Assembly (NCBI GenBank): GCA_964188305.1
Contig: OZ076902.1
DNA length: 64,000 nucleotides
Reading direction: 5' to 3' (one strand)
DNA from: Podarcis bocagei
Taxonomy: Eukaryota
Part shown: piece after piece, positions 1 through 12,613 of the stretch
Position numbering within the stretch: the stretch's first letter is position 1
Layout of the letters: each line of letters starts with the position of its first letter
Program-made: the position numbers and the translations under genes
The notes under the pieces: model-generated
What the model saw: only the letters and a program-made list of their open reading frames with translations
Told to the model about the DNA's origin: nothing
The model's database searches: none

Positions 1-349
1 TATTAAAAACTTTAAAATACAATTAATTGTAAAATACAATTAATTACAAGTAAATTACAATTGTAAAATACAATTAAAGCATGGACATAAAAAACCTTTG
101 AGAGGACTAGACCATAAGACATATGTGAAGGATGACTGTCACACCCTTGGGTCTGTTCCAGAGGGAGACAAATTCTTGGCTTTGCCAGGAAAGATACTGC
201 AACCTCCATATTTCCTGAGGAAAGATCTTTTGTAAACTTCTTAGAGGTTTTATACAGAGTAAGTGGCATGTACACTTTGTTAAACAAAATAAAAATCTTG
301 ATGAGCTAAACTATTGTAATAGGTCTCTAAACACTGAAACCCTCTAGTG

Positions 350-487
350 CAGCCTTCTCCATCTTGGCATCATCCAAATATTTTGGAGTGCAATTCCCAA
401 CATCCCCGGACAGAACATCCATAGTGGCTGGGGCTGATGAGAATTGTAGTCCGTAATACCTACAGGAAACCAGGATGAGGAAGGCTG
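350..487. mobile_element. Palindromic hAT-type MITE (ACTACAACTCCCATCA...TGATGGGAGTTGTAGT family), degraded
   Basis: Ends CAGCCTTCTCCATC / GATGAGGAAGGCTG; same family as 43457-43592; other copies near 27179-27285, 33193-33320, 49333-49450, 57595-57732. Confidence 0.7.
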
Positions 488-1288
488 TACTAGAATAAAA
501 AACAGCAATAGAGGCAGCTGCTCTTGCAAGCTGTGCCACTGCCCAGTTCTCAAAAGAGAGACTGTTCTGCTTCTGGCTACTTTCCCCTTCACTTTCATAA
601 GTCACTCAAAACAAATTCAATGGAGCTGCCTGAATCACTGTTACTCAAAAGCAGCCCTCAGGGATACAGCCCAAGACTAACCACTCTAAGCAAGTCACAG
701 CATTGGCCTTGAACTTTCCCCACTCAGTTAATGCTGCAAGTCAGTTGTGATGGTGGTCAGTTGTTGTTGTTTTTAGACTATTTATTTATACCCTGCTTTT
801 TCCTCTGATGGGACTCTTTCCACATACAAGATGCAACTGTGGCATTCACATCTAAGACTCAATATGCTCTCCTGCTGAATTTTCAAAGAGGTGGATTTAG
901 ATCAAAACAGTTTGATGCCTATAGAGGGGGAAATCCAAAAGGATGTCTCTCCCCCCGCCTTACTGAAACAAATGGGAGGGGACCATAAGGGCACTGCCAC
1001 ACTTGGCCCCCAAATTAGACAGCTGAATTTCATTATGACCACTTTTCAAATGGGATTAATTCTTGGAACCATTTGTATGCAGACAGTGGCAGTAAGATGA
1101 AGGTCCCATCCTATTAGGAGCAGGCCATGACAAAAAATATCCTACAGGAACATACAGGAACCTCCCTGATGCACCACATAAGGAGAAAGCAATTTAAATC
1201 TGTACAAACAGAACCACTGGCCTCCTCTTGTCAAAGACTCTATGAGAGGTGGTGATCAGAGGAAGCCCAGAGCACCACTACAGCCTAC

Positions 1289-1386
1289 CTCATTCCAGTT
1301 GGGCTCTGCTGTGTCTCTGTAAACTCTTGTTTTTGCCTTGTTCACGAAGTACCCAAAGGAATCCACTTCTAAAGTGCAGTAGAGGT
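1289..1386 (-). CDS. BCR: BCR exon 15 (98 bp), C2 domain
   Basis: tcctag|AC...GAG|gtaggc; (N)[32 protein letters not shown]. Confidence 0.96.
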
Positions 1387-2356
1387 CTAGGAGGAGGATG
1401 ACAAAGAAGCAATGGCTCGGTTAGGGTCACCAGCATCTCTTGCAGTTTCCTTGGTCAGCTGGATCAGACCATGTGCTCACACGCAATCTGACTGCTGTTT
1501 GGTCCATGCAACACTGATCTACACTTTGGAGTACCTCCCAGAGTAGGGTATTTCCTTTAGTCTCATGGTGGTCTCTGCTGACACTGATATTTGGAGCATG
1601 AGGGCTGCTCTTCTCTCCTCAAGTGTCTCAGTTTCCAGAACCACTCCAAGGTAAAGATTATATTGCAAGCTCATTCTCATGCCTGACAATTATCCCACAA
1701 GGTTGATTTGTAAAACCCAACCTCAAATGATGGAAGAATTTATTAAATTTCATTCTGTCGCTGAAGACCTTCCTAACATGCCAGGCGTCAGTCACCAAGC
1801 TGTCACTACTGTGCATTTTAAAAGGCTTCCAGGATAGACTCCCCACACAGAAACACCCCCCCCCTGCCAGACAGTGGCATAGGCTGAATTTACCAGATGG
1901 GAGGCCAGCTGGCCACCCATCCCTTGAGCCCTCCAAAGGTCAACTCTCCTGACTGCCACAAAAATGCCAACTAGGTGTGCTGCAACAACCACCTTCATAT
2001 GTGTGCCAGCTATATAGCTGCAGAGAGAAAGTGCATTGATTGGGCTGTGCAAGAAGCCAGACAACAAAGGAGCATAGGAAGCAGCTGCCTTAAACCAATA
2101 CAGAGCATTTGGTCTATCTAGCTCAGTACTGTTTACACTTACTGGCTGCAACTCTTCAGGGTCTCCCATCCACTTCTATAACATTATATTCCATTGTTAT
2201 GGCAGCAGCACCAGCGTCTCCCTGTGGGCAACCAGAGGCCTGCTTGAATCCAGAGTGGGGCTTTCATTTGGTTGTTAGCCACACCACCAAATCATACTTA
2301 GCATGACGGTATTCCAGCTCTTTGCATTCACCCACAGCTACCATGCAACTACTCAC

Positions 2357-2431
2357 TTGAGCTCTGCTTGAAGCCGCTGGCTGAATGGACAATGACGTTC
2401 AGGAACCCATAGAGACCAGGGGACTCATCAT
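2357..2431 (-). CDS. BCR: BCR exon 14 (75 bp; human b3/e14), start of C2 domain
   Basis: acacag|AT...TCA A|gtgagt; (D)[24 protein letters not shown]. Confidence 0.96.
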
Positions 2432-2989
2432 CTGTGTTCAAAAACATATAAATGTGATAGTTAAACTGGCTCTGGGAGTTCAGTGGGAAAGACAGATTAA
2501 ATCCCCCTATATCTGTTAAATTCAATTTCTGTGGCGTGAATGTGTATGTTTAAAGACTGTAAGCGCATTTATCCCAGATTTAACAACCTTCTATGTATGT
2601 TATTGTGGCTTGGGGAAAAGATCTGCTCCATAATCTATGGAAATTTAGTTTCATAATGTTTATAGCTCTGAGCATAAGAAATTAGACTGTGCAACAGCCC
2701 AAAATCCAGGGAGCATGAAAAAGGCTTCTGGACTGAGAGTGAGCCACTGCCTTTTTAAGACACTGTTTTTCACCATTACGACGACTAAAGCTGGTGGCTG
2801 GCTCCATGCCTATGTCTGGGAAGTGAACTGGGACTGTGTACTTTTATTGGTATGCAATGGTATAGATCCAACACACACATTAGACACTAGCAGCCACTTG
2901 GAAATCGTCCCTCTGAGTGCTGCCCACTGTTGGAGGCAAGATAGTAAAGAGCAATGGCAGATGAGGCCAACTGGTTCCAGGGTTCTCAC

Positions 2990-3094
2990 CTTCTTTGTTT
3001 ATCGTGAGGGGGATGTGGTGCACAGTCTGAAGTTTCACACAGGAATTTGTCAGCATCTGGAGCTCCACTGAAGTCAGCGAGAAGCTTTTGAAAC
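2990..3094 (-). CDS. BCR: BCR exon 13 (105 bp; human b2/e13)
   Basis: ctgtag|GT...GAA G|gtgaga; (C)[34 protein letters not shown]. Confidence 0.97.
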
Positions 3095-3767
3095 CTACAG
3101 TTCAGAGGAGAATGGGCTTTTAATCTCCTGCAAACTTGGGAAGAAAGGTGTAGGCCGGTAATGCTGACCTCTTTGCTTTGAGTATTATTGCCACCAAGAC
3201 ATCCACAAGGGACCCTCAGGAATGATCCTGGGAATAGAATACTACGATTCCCAGTTATCCTAGAAAAGGTCAAGCAGATAGCCAACTCCTACCAAACGAT
3301 TTGCCACATGGATGCCCTTGTGGGAATCATGCAGAAGCCTTTTCTCACAGAGGAAAGGCCCTCTTCTAATAAACCTGGAGATCTCCCTCAACAAGTTACC
3401 TGCTCCTTACTGGGAATGATGGCTGGACTAGGTAGCATCACTGCAACAATAGTGAGCACAGAACTGTAGAAGTTTCTTCCTACATGTGGACAGCATGCTG
3501 GGAGTCCCCATCCTTGGGGTCTCACTGGAGTGGAGGGGAAGCACCTGGAAGGTGCTGATTCACAGAAACACATCTGTATCTGACCCAGACCACAGTCAAA
3601 AAGGCCCGCACATCTACACATGGGACATTCGACAACCCTCTCACAGAAGAGTGGCACGTTCGGCCTTAGACAGGCACAAGGGCCAGCCCCCAGATCCCCC
3701 CTCTGATTTCTCCAAGCCCAGGATGCCTGCTGGTCACACCTAGGGAAGTCAGAGCATAGGCACATAC

Positions 3768-3843
3768 ATTTCTTCTGCTGCTCCCGGATGATCTCTCGCC
3801 ACTCTGCCCGTTCGTAGTCAGATGAGATGAGGAATGTGTAACT
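3768..3843 (-). CDS. BCR: BCR exon 12 (76 bp; human b1)
   Basis: actcag|AGT...AAA T|gtatgt; SYTFLISSDYERAEWREIIREQQKK(C). Confidence 0.97.
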
Positions 3844-4133
3844 CTGAGTGACAGAGAAAAAGAAGCCCAAGGATTATTCATTTTATATTACCTTATCCAA
3901 CAGCTAAACTATGTATAAAAAGAACAATCTAAAGTGTTAAAATAAGATTATACAAAGTTCATAATACAGTCAACATATATCCCTGCCACCCAATTTTTAT
4001 TTAATTTTCTGCAACAGTAAAAATCAACTTCATGTGTCTTACTCTACAAGTTTTGGCTCAAGCAGCCATTGAGTTGTACCATCTAGGAATGATGTCCTGA
4101 GGTTTGGTGTCTTAGGGGTATATGCTAACAGTA

Positions 4134-4376
4134 CAGTGGTACCTCGGGTTACAGACACTTCAGGTTACAGATGCTTCAGAGCTTACAGACTGCTAACCCA
4201 GAAATAGTACCTCGGGTTAAGAACTTTGCCTCAGAATGAGAACAGAAATCGTGTGGTGCCGGCACAGCAGTAGCGGGAGGCCCCATTAGCTAAAAGTGGT
4301 ACCTCAGGTTAAGAACAGTTTCAGGTTAAGAACGGACCTCCAGAACGAATTAAATTCTTAACCCAAGGTACCACCG
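4134..4376 (+). mobile_element. Tigger/pogo-like (Tc1-mariner superfamily) MITE, family A
   Basis: TA|CAGTGGTACCTCGGGTTA ... TAACCCAAGGTACCACCG|TA; TA TSD; closely similar copies at 39354 and 59625. Confidence 0.88.
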
Positions 4377-5233
4377 TACTCTTCATTGTACAGTGAAAAT
4401 AACCTTTCACCTGTTGGTCTGCTAAATGCATAGTGCTGCAGTCTTTTGTCTTTTCTTTAAAAAAATAATAATCTCGTTATAATTTTCTGTTCTTCCTTTT
4501 TTAGGCTGATGAACTTTTTTTCCAAACAAAAGAAACCAGCCATTTGCATGCTTGCCTTCTTGCCAGGTTGTTCATTTCAGGTAGTGTTGAAATGTTTTTT
4601 ATATAAATGTATATATTTTGTGACATGTGAAGAAAATAGTTCCCTGTGTTTGGAAAATCTTGGTGAAGGTCTAAACAGTGTCAACATTAATAGCTAAGAC
4701 TTGCATGACGTCAACAAAGCCATCTGTCTTTGAGGGTACAAAGTGCACAGAGCATTTAATCCAGAGTCTGTTTCCCTTGCAAGGGTTTACACAGCCTGCC
4801 GTCAGCTCTGCCCATATTCTATTCAATTACAAAGAGCTCCCAAAAGATCACAAGATCCTGCGCCATTAACTAGCAGCTGTGCTTAATATTCTAATTTGCC
4901 AGCCTTCAGCTTCAGAGATAATGGCCTTTTTTGCATTCATTATACTATGGGAGTAAATTTTCTGTTGTGAACCACCCTGTGATCCTCGGATGCAGCGCAG
5001 TATACAGATTTAATAAATAATAATAACAATAAAAAATGAAAGCAGCCATTGATTCATTTTGCTGCCTCCGTAGTGAGCACTAAGTGTGCAACAGGCATGC
5101 TCTGTTCACTCAGTTTTTATGGGGCATGTGCAAGACGCCATGAACAAAACTCCATCTCTCATGGTTCCTCTGTTCAGCCCCATTCAGACCCCATTCTATG
5201 CCAGTGAGCTGAGATGCCCACAAGGCCTCTCAC

Positions 5234-5353
5234 CTTGCCATTGCGGTTATGCACTCGGAATGCCATGTTAGGAGACATCAGTAGAAGCAAGGATTCCTGC
5301 TCCGAAAGCTTCTTTTTCAACCTCTCCATATTCTTGCTGCCCTTATTAGCCCT
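5234..5353 (-). CDS. BCR: BCR exon 11 (120 bp)
   Basis: cctcag|AGG...AAG|gtgaga; RANKGSKNMERLKKKLSEQESLLLLMSPNMAFRVHNRNGK. Confidence 0.97.
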
Positions 5354-5868
5354 CTGAGGAAGGAAAAAACCCAAGAGGTAATGAGATCGTGTTCTTTTAC
5401 AACTCAACAGATGCAGGAACTTGAGGTTCACAAGAATCTCAATATTTAGGTTCCTTAAACCAGAAGTAGGGGTACTGGTTTTAACCTGTGAAGCTTTACA
5501 TGGTTCAGGACCCCAAGGGATATATTTTCCCATACAAAGTTGCCCATGCCAAACAAAGCAATGGGCCTTTTCAGTAGTAGCCCCCTATCAGATTCTCTTC
5601 CCAGGGAGGTTTGCCTAGCACTGCCACAGACATATTTTCGGCACCATGCAAAGATGTTTCTCTTCTGTTTGAGTCTGCGTTTTCCTTTGCAGCTCTTGGC
5701 GGCATTCATTGGGGGCTCTTTAGGGTGGTGTGACTTCTCTTAGGGGTTGCAGGGATTGTTTTCATGGCTTGATTACCTTTTAATTATTTTGTTTTTCATA
5801 TGTTTTATTGCGCCTTTTGCCATTTGTAAGTTGCGCTGAGTTAATTGTATAAAGCAATTAACAAGCTT

Positions 5869-5895
5869 AATAATAATAATAATAATAATAATAAT
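5869..5895 (+). repeat. (AAT)n microsatellite at the 3' end of an old LINE tail
   Basis: Direct AAT run; translated as poly-N in the ORF track. Confidence 0.85.
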
Positions 5896-5913
5896 AGTGC
5901 CCATGCTCTATCT

Positions 5914-6270
5914 GGGACTTGGGTGGCGCTGTGGGTTAAACCACAGAGCCTAGGACTTGCTGATCAGAAGGTCGGCGGTTTGAATCCCTGCGACAGTGTG
6001 AGCTCCCGTTGCTCCGTCCCTGCTCCTGCCAACCCAGCAGTTCGAAAGCACGTCAAAGTGCAAGTAGATAAATAGGAACTGCTCCGGGGGGAAGGTGAAC
6101 GGCGTTTCCGTGCACTGCTTTGGTTTGCCAGAAGCGGCTTGGTCATGCTGGCCACATGACCCGGAAGCTGCATGCCGGCTCCCTCGGCCAATAAAGCGAG
6201 ATGAACACCGCAACCCCAGAGTTGGCCACGACTGGACCTAATGGTCAGGGGTCCTATTACCTTTACCTTT
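5914..6270 (+). mobile_element. Sauria SINE (Podarcis-type), full length
   Basis: tRNA-like head with A/B boxes (GGTGGCGCTGTGG...GGTTTGAATCCC), GCTGGCCACATGACC body, (ACCTTT)n tail; TSD ATGCTCTATCT at 5903-5913 and 6271-6281. Confidence 0.93.
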
Positions 6271-6970
6271 ATGCTCTATCTGGCATTATGCTTCCTGCCC
6301 ACGTGACAAACATGTGAAAGGGACTCCCCTGGCAGCCATAGCAGCCCTCACTCACATGGGTGCTAGGGAAGGAATGAAGGATACCCCCAGTGAGAGCTCC
6401 ACGCTCATCATTGCCTGCTCTTGCCACTGCTACTAGCACCACCACCACTTTGCCATTTGGTGAGAAGGATGTGAACTCGAGGCAGCAGCTAAACGGTGTT
6501 CACACTTCTGGATGCTCGAAGTGGACCATCCCTAATTCTGAGTTTGGCTCAAAGTGTAGCCAATCTTTCCTACAGCAGAAAGCCTCTCACACTATATTGC
6601 CTTTGGTACAGTTCAGGAATGGGCTCTTCATACCAGCTGACTGGGCTGAGCACAACCCAAGCAGGACTGGGAAGGCTGTTTTGTTGCAGGAATGCTTAGC
6701 CGAGCAATTGGTGGTGGGGTAACAGTACTGCCAGCTGCTCCCTGAAAAGCGGTGGGGGAGGCATAAACGTGAGCCAATGAGTAGCACACTGGCTATGAAA
6801 CTTAAGTTCCTAGTTCAAATCCCTACAAAGCCACACAATGAGGCGAATCAGTACCTCTCATTCTACACCTCTTACAGAGGCTGTTGGAAAGGTTCTTAAT
6901 ATATCATTGAAAACAGATAAAACTGCCAAGCACTATTCGTATTTCTTATTCTCCTCCCCTCTGCTTTTAC

Positions 6971-7139
6971 TTTTTCCCGTTGGATGTCACTCTTCAGTTG
7001 AGAAATCTTGATCTTCATAGCATCCAGCTCCTCATCTGGCACAAGGGAGATGTTCGGCACTGCCTCTGAATCGTCCACCATTTGAAAGCTGAGGTCTGAG
7101 AGTGGAATGTACCATTTGCAGTCATACTGCTGGCTTTTC
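6971..7139 (-). CDS. BCR: BCR exon 10 (169 bp), PH domain
   Basis: ttgcag|G AAA...AAA|gtaaaa; KSQQYDCKWYIPLSDLSFQMVDDSEAVPNISLVPDEELDAMKIKISQLKSDIQREK. Confidence 0.96.
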
Positions 7140-7523
7140 CTGCAAGTAGGAAAGCAGAGTGTTAGCCAGCTTGCCCCTCTGCTCCCCTTAAGCAGCTTAG
7201 CCCCCACAGAATTGCAGGACGATGTCCTCCTCCCTGAAGCAGCCCCAAAGTTTAGCCAGGGTAATCCGCTCCCTGCCTTATGCCTTATGCAACGTTACAG
7301 GCCCATACTATAAAAGGAATCTTTGCTTTTGACAACTTGCCTAAACACCTTCCAGAAAGCTGTAAAACTCATCTGGCCTTTAGAAGCCTTTCGCATGTTC
7401 ATTTTCCTGAGATGAATGCTAACACCCGAGTCAGGAAAAATGTGTTGAAATACAAGGAAATAAACTTGGTTTCCATGGAAGTGGCCAGTGTGAGGAGGTG
7501 CATGGCTCTCTGACTGACATATA

Positions 7524-7773
7524 CAGTCGTGCCTTGGAAGTCGAACAGAATCCGTTCCAGAAGTCCGTTTGACTTCCAAAACATTTGAAAACCAAAGCAG
7601 GGCTTCAGATTGGCTGCAGGAAGCTCCTGCAGCCAATCAGAAGCCGTGGAAAGCCAGTCGGACATTCGGCTTTCAAAAATAGTTCGCAAACAGGAACAGT
7701 CACTTCCAGGTTTGCAACATTCAGGAGCCAAAACGTTCGAGAACTAAGCTGTTCGAAAACCAAGGTACGACTG
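7524..7773. mobile_element. Tigger/pogo-like MITE, family B
   Basis: TA|CAGTCGTGCCTTGG ... CCAAGGTACGACTG|TA; internal hairpin GATTGGCTGCAGGA-agc-TCCTGCAGCCAATC. Confidence 0.85.
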
Positions 7774-8182
7774 TATGCTCTTTCCGCTGTATGGTGTACT
7801 ACCACCAGCTCCAACTTCCAAGGGCAGGCCCCTATGCAGCAGCACAGACAGTAATCAATCCGGGAGGTTCCAAACCAAAGAGAGGAGCTCAAACATGCTT
7901 GGCAGTTGCACCCTCTTAAGTGAAAGTCCTCCCTCCTAATCTGGTTGTCTGCAGTTTCTCAGAGGTAATGGAAAGCCACCCTGCACATGTTCAGAGGCAT
8001 CTGAGCTGGAGAAGAACAAGGCCTGGGCTCTCCATTGGGAGGATCACTTCTGCTCCAGTTTGGTGCTTTGCCTCTGTTGCGCCTGGCAGTTGCCCAGCTG
8101 TTCTTAAATATTTTCCTCCCCACTCCCTTATGCAATGTATACACATGGTCCTTCACATGGAGCCCACCCAGGAGAGCCTCAC

Positions 8183-8304
8183 CCTCCAATCTGCTTCTTG
8201 AGCTTGGCACACAGGAACAGATCGGTGAAGAGGAAAACATGGCGCAGCTTACGGGCTCCCTCGACCAGCTCCACCATGAAACTGTCCTTCATGAGCTGAC
8301 GGTG
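8183..8304 (-). CDS. BCR: BCR exon 9 (122 bp), start of PH domain
   Basis: tggcag|CAC...GG|gtgagg; [40 protein letters not shown](G). Confidence 0.96.
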
Positions 8305-8531
8305 CTGCCAAAAAAAAGGAAGGGAGAGGCAAGGGTCAGAAATGGAGACTGGAACAAGTGACAGATGTTGGCCACTGCCAAGGCCAGCATCAAGAGCTGG
8401 CCTGCCTGGGCATCAGCTGAGGGCCCTCCCCACAATACCCCAGCGGGGGCCCACTGACAAGCTCCCTAGACTTGCTTTATAGTGATAGCCTTATAGTGAG
8501 GAAGGCCCATGGACAAAAGTTGGTGTCCCAT

Positions 8532-8729
8532 GGGAATGACCATAGCTCAGTGGTAGAGCATCTGCCTTGCATGCAGAAGGTCCCAGGTTCAATCCCCAAC
8601 ATTTCCCCATAGGGCTGGGAATTGCCCCCTCTGAAACCCAGGAGAGGCACTGCCAGTCAGTGTATACAATACTAAGGTAAATGGACCAATGGCCTGACTA
8701 TGCATAAGACAGCTTCCTATGTTCCTATG
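8532..8729 (+). mobile_element. tRNA-Ala-derived SINE (Squam3-like)
   Basis: A box TAGCTCAGTGG, TGC anticodon loop, B box GGTTCAATCCC, non-tRNA body, TTCCTATG tail repeated twice. Confidence 0.8.
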
Positions 8730-10859
8730 AAAGAAAGGTGCTGGGGAACTGGAGGAGAAAAGATGTGATAGGGAGCTACAGGATCAGACCAAGGAAGGAT
8801 TCAGTACAGGGTAGAAGTTGGAGGCAACTGGATGTAATTGAGGAACTGGTCCATGCAGTTGAGTGGGTCTGACAAAGCACAAGGCGGCTTATGTTTTCCA
8901 GCCCAGTCACATGGTGAGAACCTCTGATGCCAGGGTGGCACCTCGCTGGCAGATACTGGCTTGCACAGACCCTCCGCATGACGCTAAGCAGCTGGCAAGG
9001 AATACTGTTCCCATGTACAGCTACTGTTATTTTGAAGCATTTCCATGTGGCAACCACAACGTTTGTGTCAGAATTCATTCAAGGACAGGCAACTTCAGGA
9101 GGGAATCTGCCTTGTAACTTGCAACTTCCTTGCATTGCTAGCTTTGTCCTTCTCTTTAGATGATGATGATGATAATGGCTTTCACAAGCTTTAAACAATT
9201 CCCTTCCCTAACCGCCCCCCCTATGGTTCCTCCCCAGATCTACTAACCTCATTTATAGTGATAGCCTTATATCTATCTGCCTTTCAACCATTTATCAAGA
9301 CGTGAATGATAAAATATATAGTAATTAATTAGTCCAATAAGGATTTAAGTAGGTAATGGTAAAAGAGCAAATGAATAGAAGGCAAGTGCTTTGCTCATAT
9401 TTTCAAGTTACACAAGATGAAGAGAATATAAAACACAACAACAAAGAAAACAGCAAATAAAATAAACCTTGGGGCACTGCAGCACCAGCATAATAGACCA
9501 AAGCTCTCAGCTAGTTTAAAGAGTTTACAATGGCTGGCCTTCAATACCAACCCAACAGTTCCACAAAGGGACTCATGAGAATATGGTGGGCCATTAACAG
9601 TGAAAGCAAAAGGCAGGTTTGAACAGTTCTAGATTTTGCATTGTGTCTCCAGACTCCATTGAAGGTGTCATTTGGCAAAGGGTCCCAAGAACTGAGACAA
9701 GTCACTATTTGACAAAATTAAAAAAATTATAAGCAAATTTAGGCTGCACAATTAAACTGTGTTCAGCACCCTTATGCAACAAAACTGTTGCTGTTGGGTT
9801 TTGTTTTAAAAAAATCAGACTTTTGCAGTAAGGAGAGTAACTGGAAAATGCACTGGAACAAGCAGTACAACAATCACTCGGCATAATGTCATATAACCTC
9901 GGTACAAACATTTTAAGAATGAATGCTCAATGAACAGCAGCTGTCATAGTCTCTGTGCAAATTTTGTGTCTACATATGTGGACAGGCCTTCTGGAAGATC
10001 TCCAAACTCCCTGAAAGCCTATTTCTTTTTGTATCTTGTTGGAACAGGACTTACTTTCTCATGTGTTGCCAGCTGCAGGGCCTCCTACACGAAGCCTGCA
10101 ATACCCAGTGTGGCTTGGGAATTCCAGTGTCCAGAGATTATTCATTTTGCTGCTAGTGTGGTTTGGTGAAGCCCACATTTTCTGCCCTTCTGAAAAAACT
10201 TATTGGATAGGTATGTGGCTAATTATAGAGTTAGCATCTACTATCTCCAAGGATTTGTCCAAAACCAAGTTATTTCTGTTTTCTTCCGGAAAGGAGGTAC
10301 AACTAGGCACCTACTCCTAGTTTCTTCATAAAAGCAAATATTATCTGCAACTGTTTTACAGTGAGTTTACTACAAGGCCAGCAGAGGGCAGCATAAAACT
10401 ATTCTCCAACTTCACAAACTGGCAAAAACTCTTACCCTTTTTAACCAAATGGCTTTGACTATACTAGCAGCTCAAAGCCAGTGTAGGGCAATACATTTTA
10501 TTAGGATTCACAAGAACATTACAAGGCTATAAGCAAGCATTAGAGTACTCTAGAAAGTTCTTCTCCAGGCTGGATGTCAAGAGAGGCAAAAAAAAGCATG
10601 AATTTTTTTCCTCCAAAAGCCTGCCCTCCAAAAGTCTGTCCTCAGGGGGAGCTCTGCAAGTGTCACTGGGTTAGACTTTCTAAGGGACATAAAGGTTTCA
10701 GGATGCTGTGAAGTGCTATTAGGACAAAGAAGAGATAAGGAAGGGGATCCCTCATTTATTGGCAAATATAAATATTGCAGGTATCCAGATCTACCACCAG
10801 CGCAAAGCAGAAGAGGCTGGGTAAAGAGAAACATGGCAATTTATTAGCAAATGTAAATA

Positions 10860-11028
10860 CCGTATTTTTTGCACCATAACACTCACTTTTTTCCTCCTAG
10901 AAAGTAAGGGGAAATGTCTGTGCGTGTTATGGAGGAAATGCCTACGGGTGGCATGCCTACGGATTTTCCTCCTCTAAAAACTACGTGCGTGTTATGGTCG
11001 GGTGCGTGTTATAGAGCGAAAAATATGG
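10860..11028 (+). mobile_element. Tc2/pogo-like MITE (CCGTATTTTT TIR), short variant
   Basis: TA|CCGTATTTTTTGC ... GCGAAAAATATGG|TA. Confidence 0.85.
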
Positions 11029-11491
11029 TATTGGTATCTGGTACAGAATGCTGACTAGTCATTGGAGGGAAGGATATGCTAACTAAAAGGTTCTCCGTGG
11101 CTTTCTTATTGCACACAGCCCTGCTAAGGGGTATAGATCCATTTAGAACAGATGTCGTTTGCAAACTCAACTCACAGCGCACTCCTTATTAGCAAATATA
11201 TAAACAGCACCATCTGTACATATTTTCTCGAGCCAGTAATTCAGATTTCCTCTAAGATTCTCTCCTATTTGTGAAAAGTTGCAGATTCCCCACTATTTTT
11301 GTTTCAGTGGGAATTATTCTCACAGAACAATGATTCTTCAGGTATCAAAGACAGAAGATCTAATGCAGGAGCTTCTTCTCTAGAGTTTCCACAGTAAATG
11401 TTTTGGATCTGGGTCTATTCCAACATAACAGTTTGCACTGAAGCTACCACAACTTTCTTGGGCTCTCCTGTGGCTGACTCATCTTAAAGTA

Positions 11492-11749
11492 CCGTATTTT
11501 TCGCTCTATAAGATGCACCGGACCATAAGACGCACCTAGTTTTTGGAGGAGGAAAACAAGAAAAAAATATTCTGAATCTCAGAAGCCAGAACAACAAGAG
11601 GGATCGCTGCACAGCGAAAGCAGCGACCCCTCTTGCTGTTCTGGCTTCTGGGATAGCTGCGCAGCCTGCATTTACTCCATAAGACACACACACGTTTCCC
11701 CTTACTTTTTAGGAGGGAAAAAGTGAGTCTTATAGAGCAAAAAATATGG
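11492..11749 (-). mobile_element. Tc2/pogo-like MITE (CCGTATTTTT TIR)
   Basis: TA|CCGTATTTTTCGCTCTATAAGA ... TCTTATAGAGCAAAAAATATGG|TA; inverted relative to the copies at 29874 and 33625. Confidence 0.9.
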
Positions 11750-12613
11750 TATTTTTACAAAAGGCCGAGTCCAGTCAGGGTTAGGAGCTGCTTGCTAGCA
11801 AACCATTCCAGTCTCCATCCCTGTCAAGGACAAGCAGAATCCATTTTGGAGGGGCCTCCATGCTTCCCTTGCTACTCAGATCCTTCCGAGATGCCAGCCT
11901 GCATTAATGTCTTTGCCATCCATGTGCGCTCATTTCCCCCCAAGGACTGTAGAACTAAAGATGCCAGACGAATACACACGGGTGAGCTTTGCGGTCAACT
12001 TCTGAGGAAGGGGAGGATTCAGTCGCAGAGGGCCATAAAGCAAGGCCCCTCTTTGGCCGTCCAAAGCCCTCATTTGATATTTTTAAGGAGCAGATGAATA
12101 TGGAGGAGACAGCAAAGAAGCTCCGCTCCTTTGGGGCATGGCAAACGAGCCCACGCTGCCAACCAGATTTTCATCTGGAGGTGCAAATGCGCTCTTGTGC
12201 TGCAATGCTGACAATCCCCAGCTGCTCCCGCCCCTTTCCATTGTGGCTGCTTGGAAAGAAGAGAGTTGCCCTTGGAGAGGATGGTTTGGTGTGTTGCCAG
12301 GTGCCTACAGAGCAAGGTCAGCTGTGCTTTCTGCCCATCACCAACACAAGACAACTAGAGTAATGGTCTGCTGTGCTTTCGCAGTCATTCTCTGGGCCAA
12401 CACACACACCTAGGGCAAGGTCTTCAGCAGAATACAGCATGCGGGACTGGATGCATGGATGCTTCCATAGGCATCCAGGCACTTGTTCTCCATAGCCCTC
12501 CTTGCTGATATTTTCCAGAATGTGGCAAGCCATGATTTAGACCTATGCAGCCACCTGGCACAACTGGCCACCTGGACTCAGGTTGGCTCCTACATGCAGG
12601 AAGCTGAGTAAGT

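Noticed and set aside
13-77. AT-rich ~17-bp imperfect tandem (TAAAATACAATTAATT)
   Set aside because: Ordinary slippage repeat with no spacers; not CRISPR-like. No CRISPR array or prokaryotic system is present in this vertebrate window.
8532-8605. tRNA-Ala(TGC)-like sequence (also Lys- and Ile-like heads at 43137 and 32253)
   Set aside because: Acceptor stems do not pair and each continues into a SINE body and tail; these are SINE heads, not tRNA genes.
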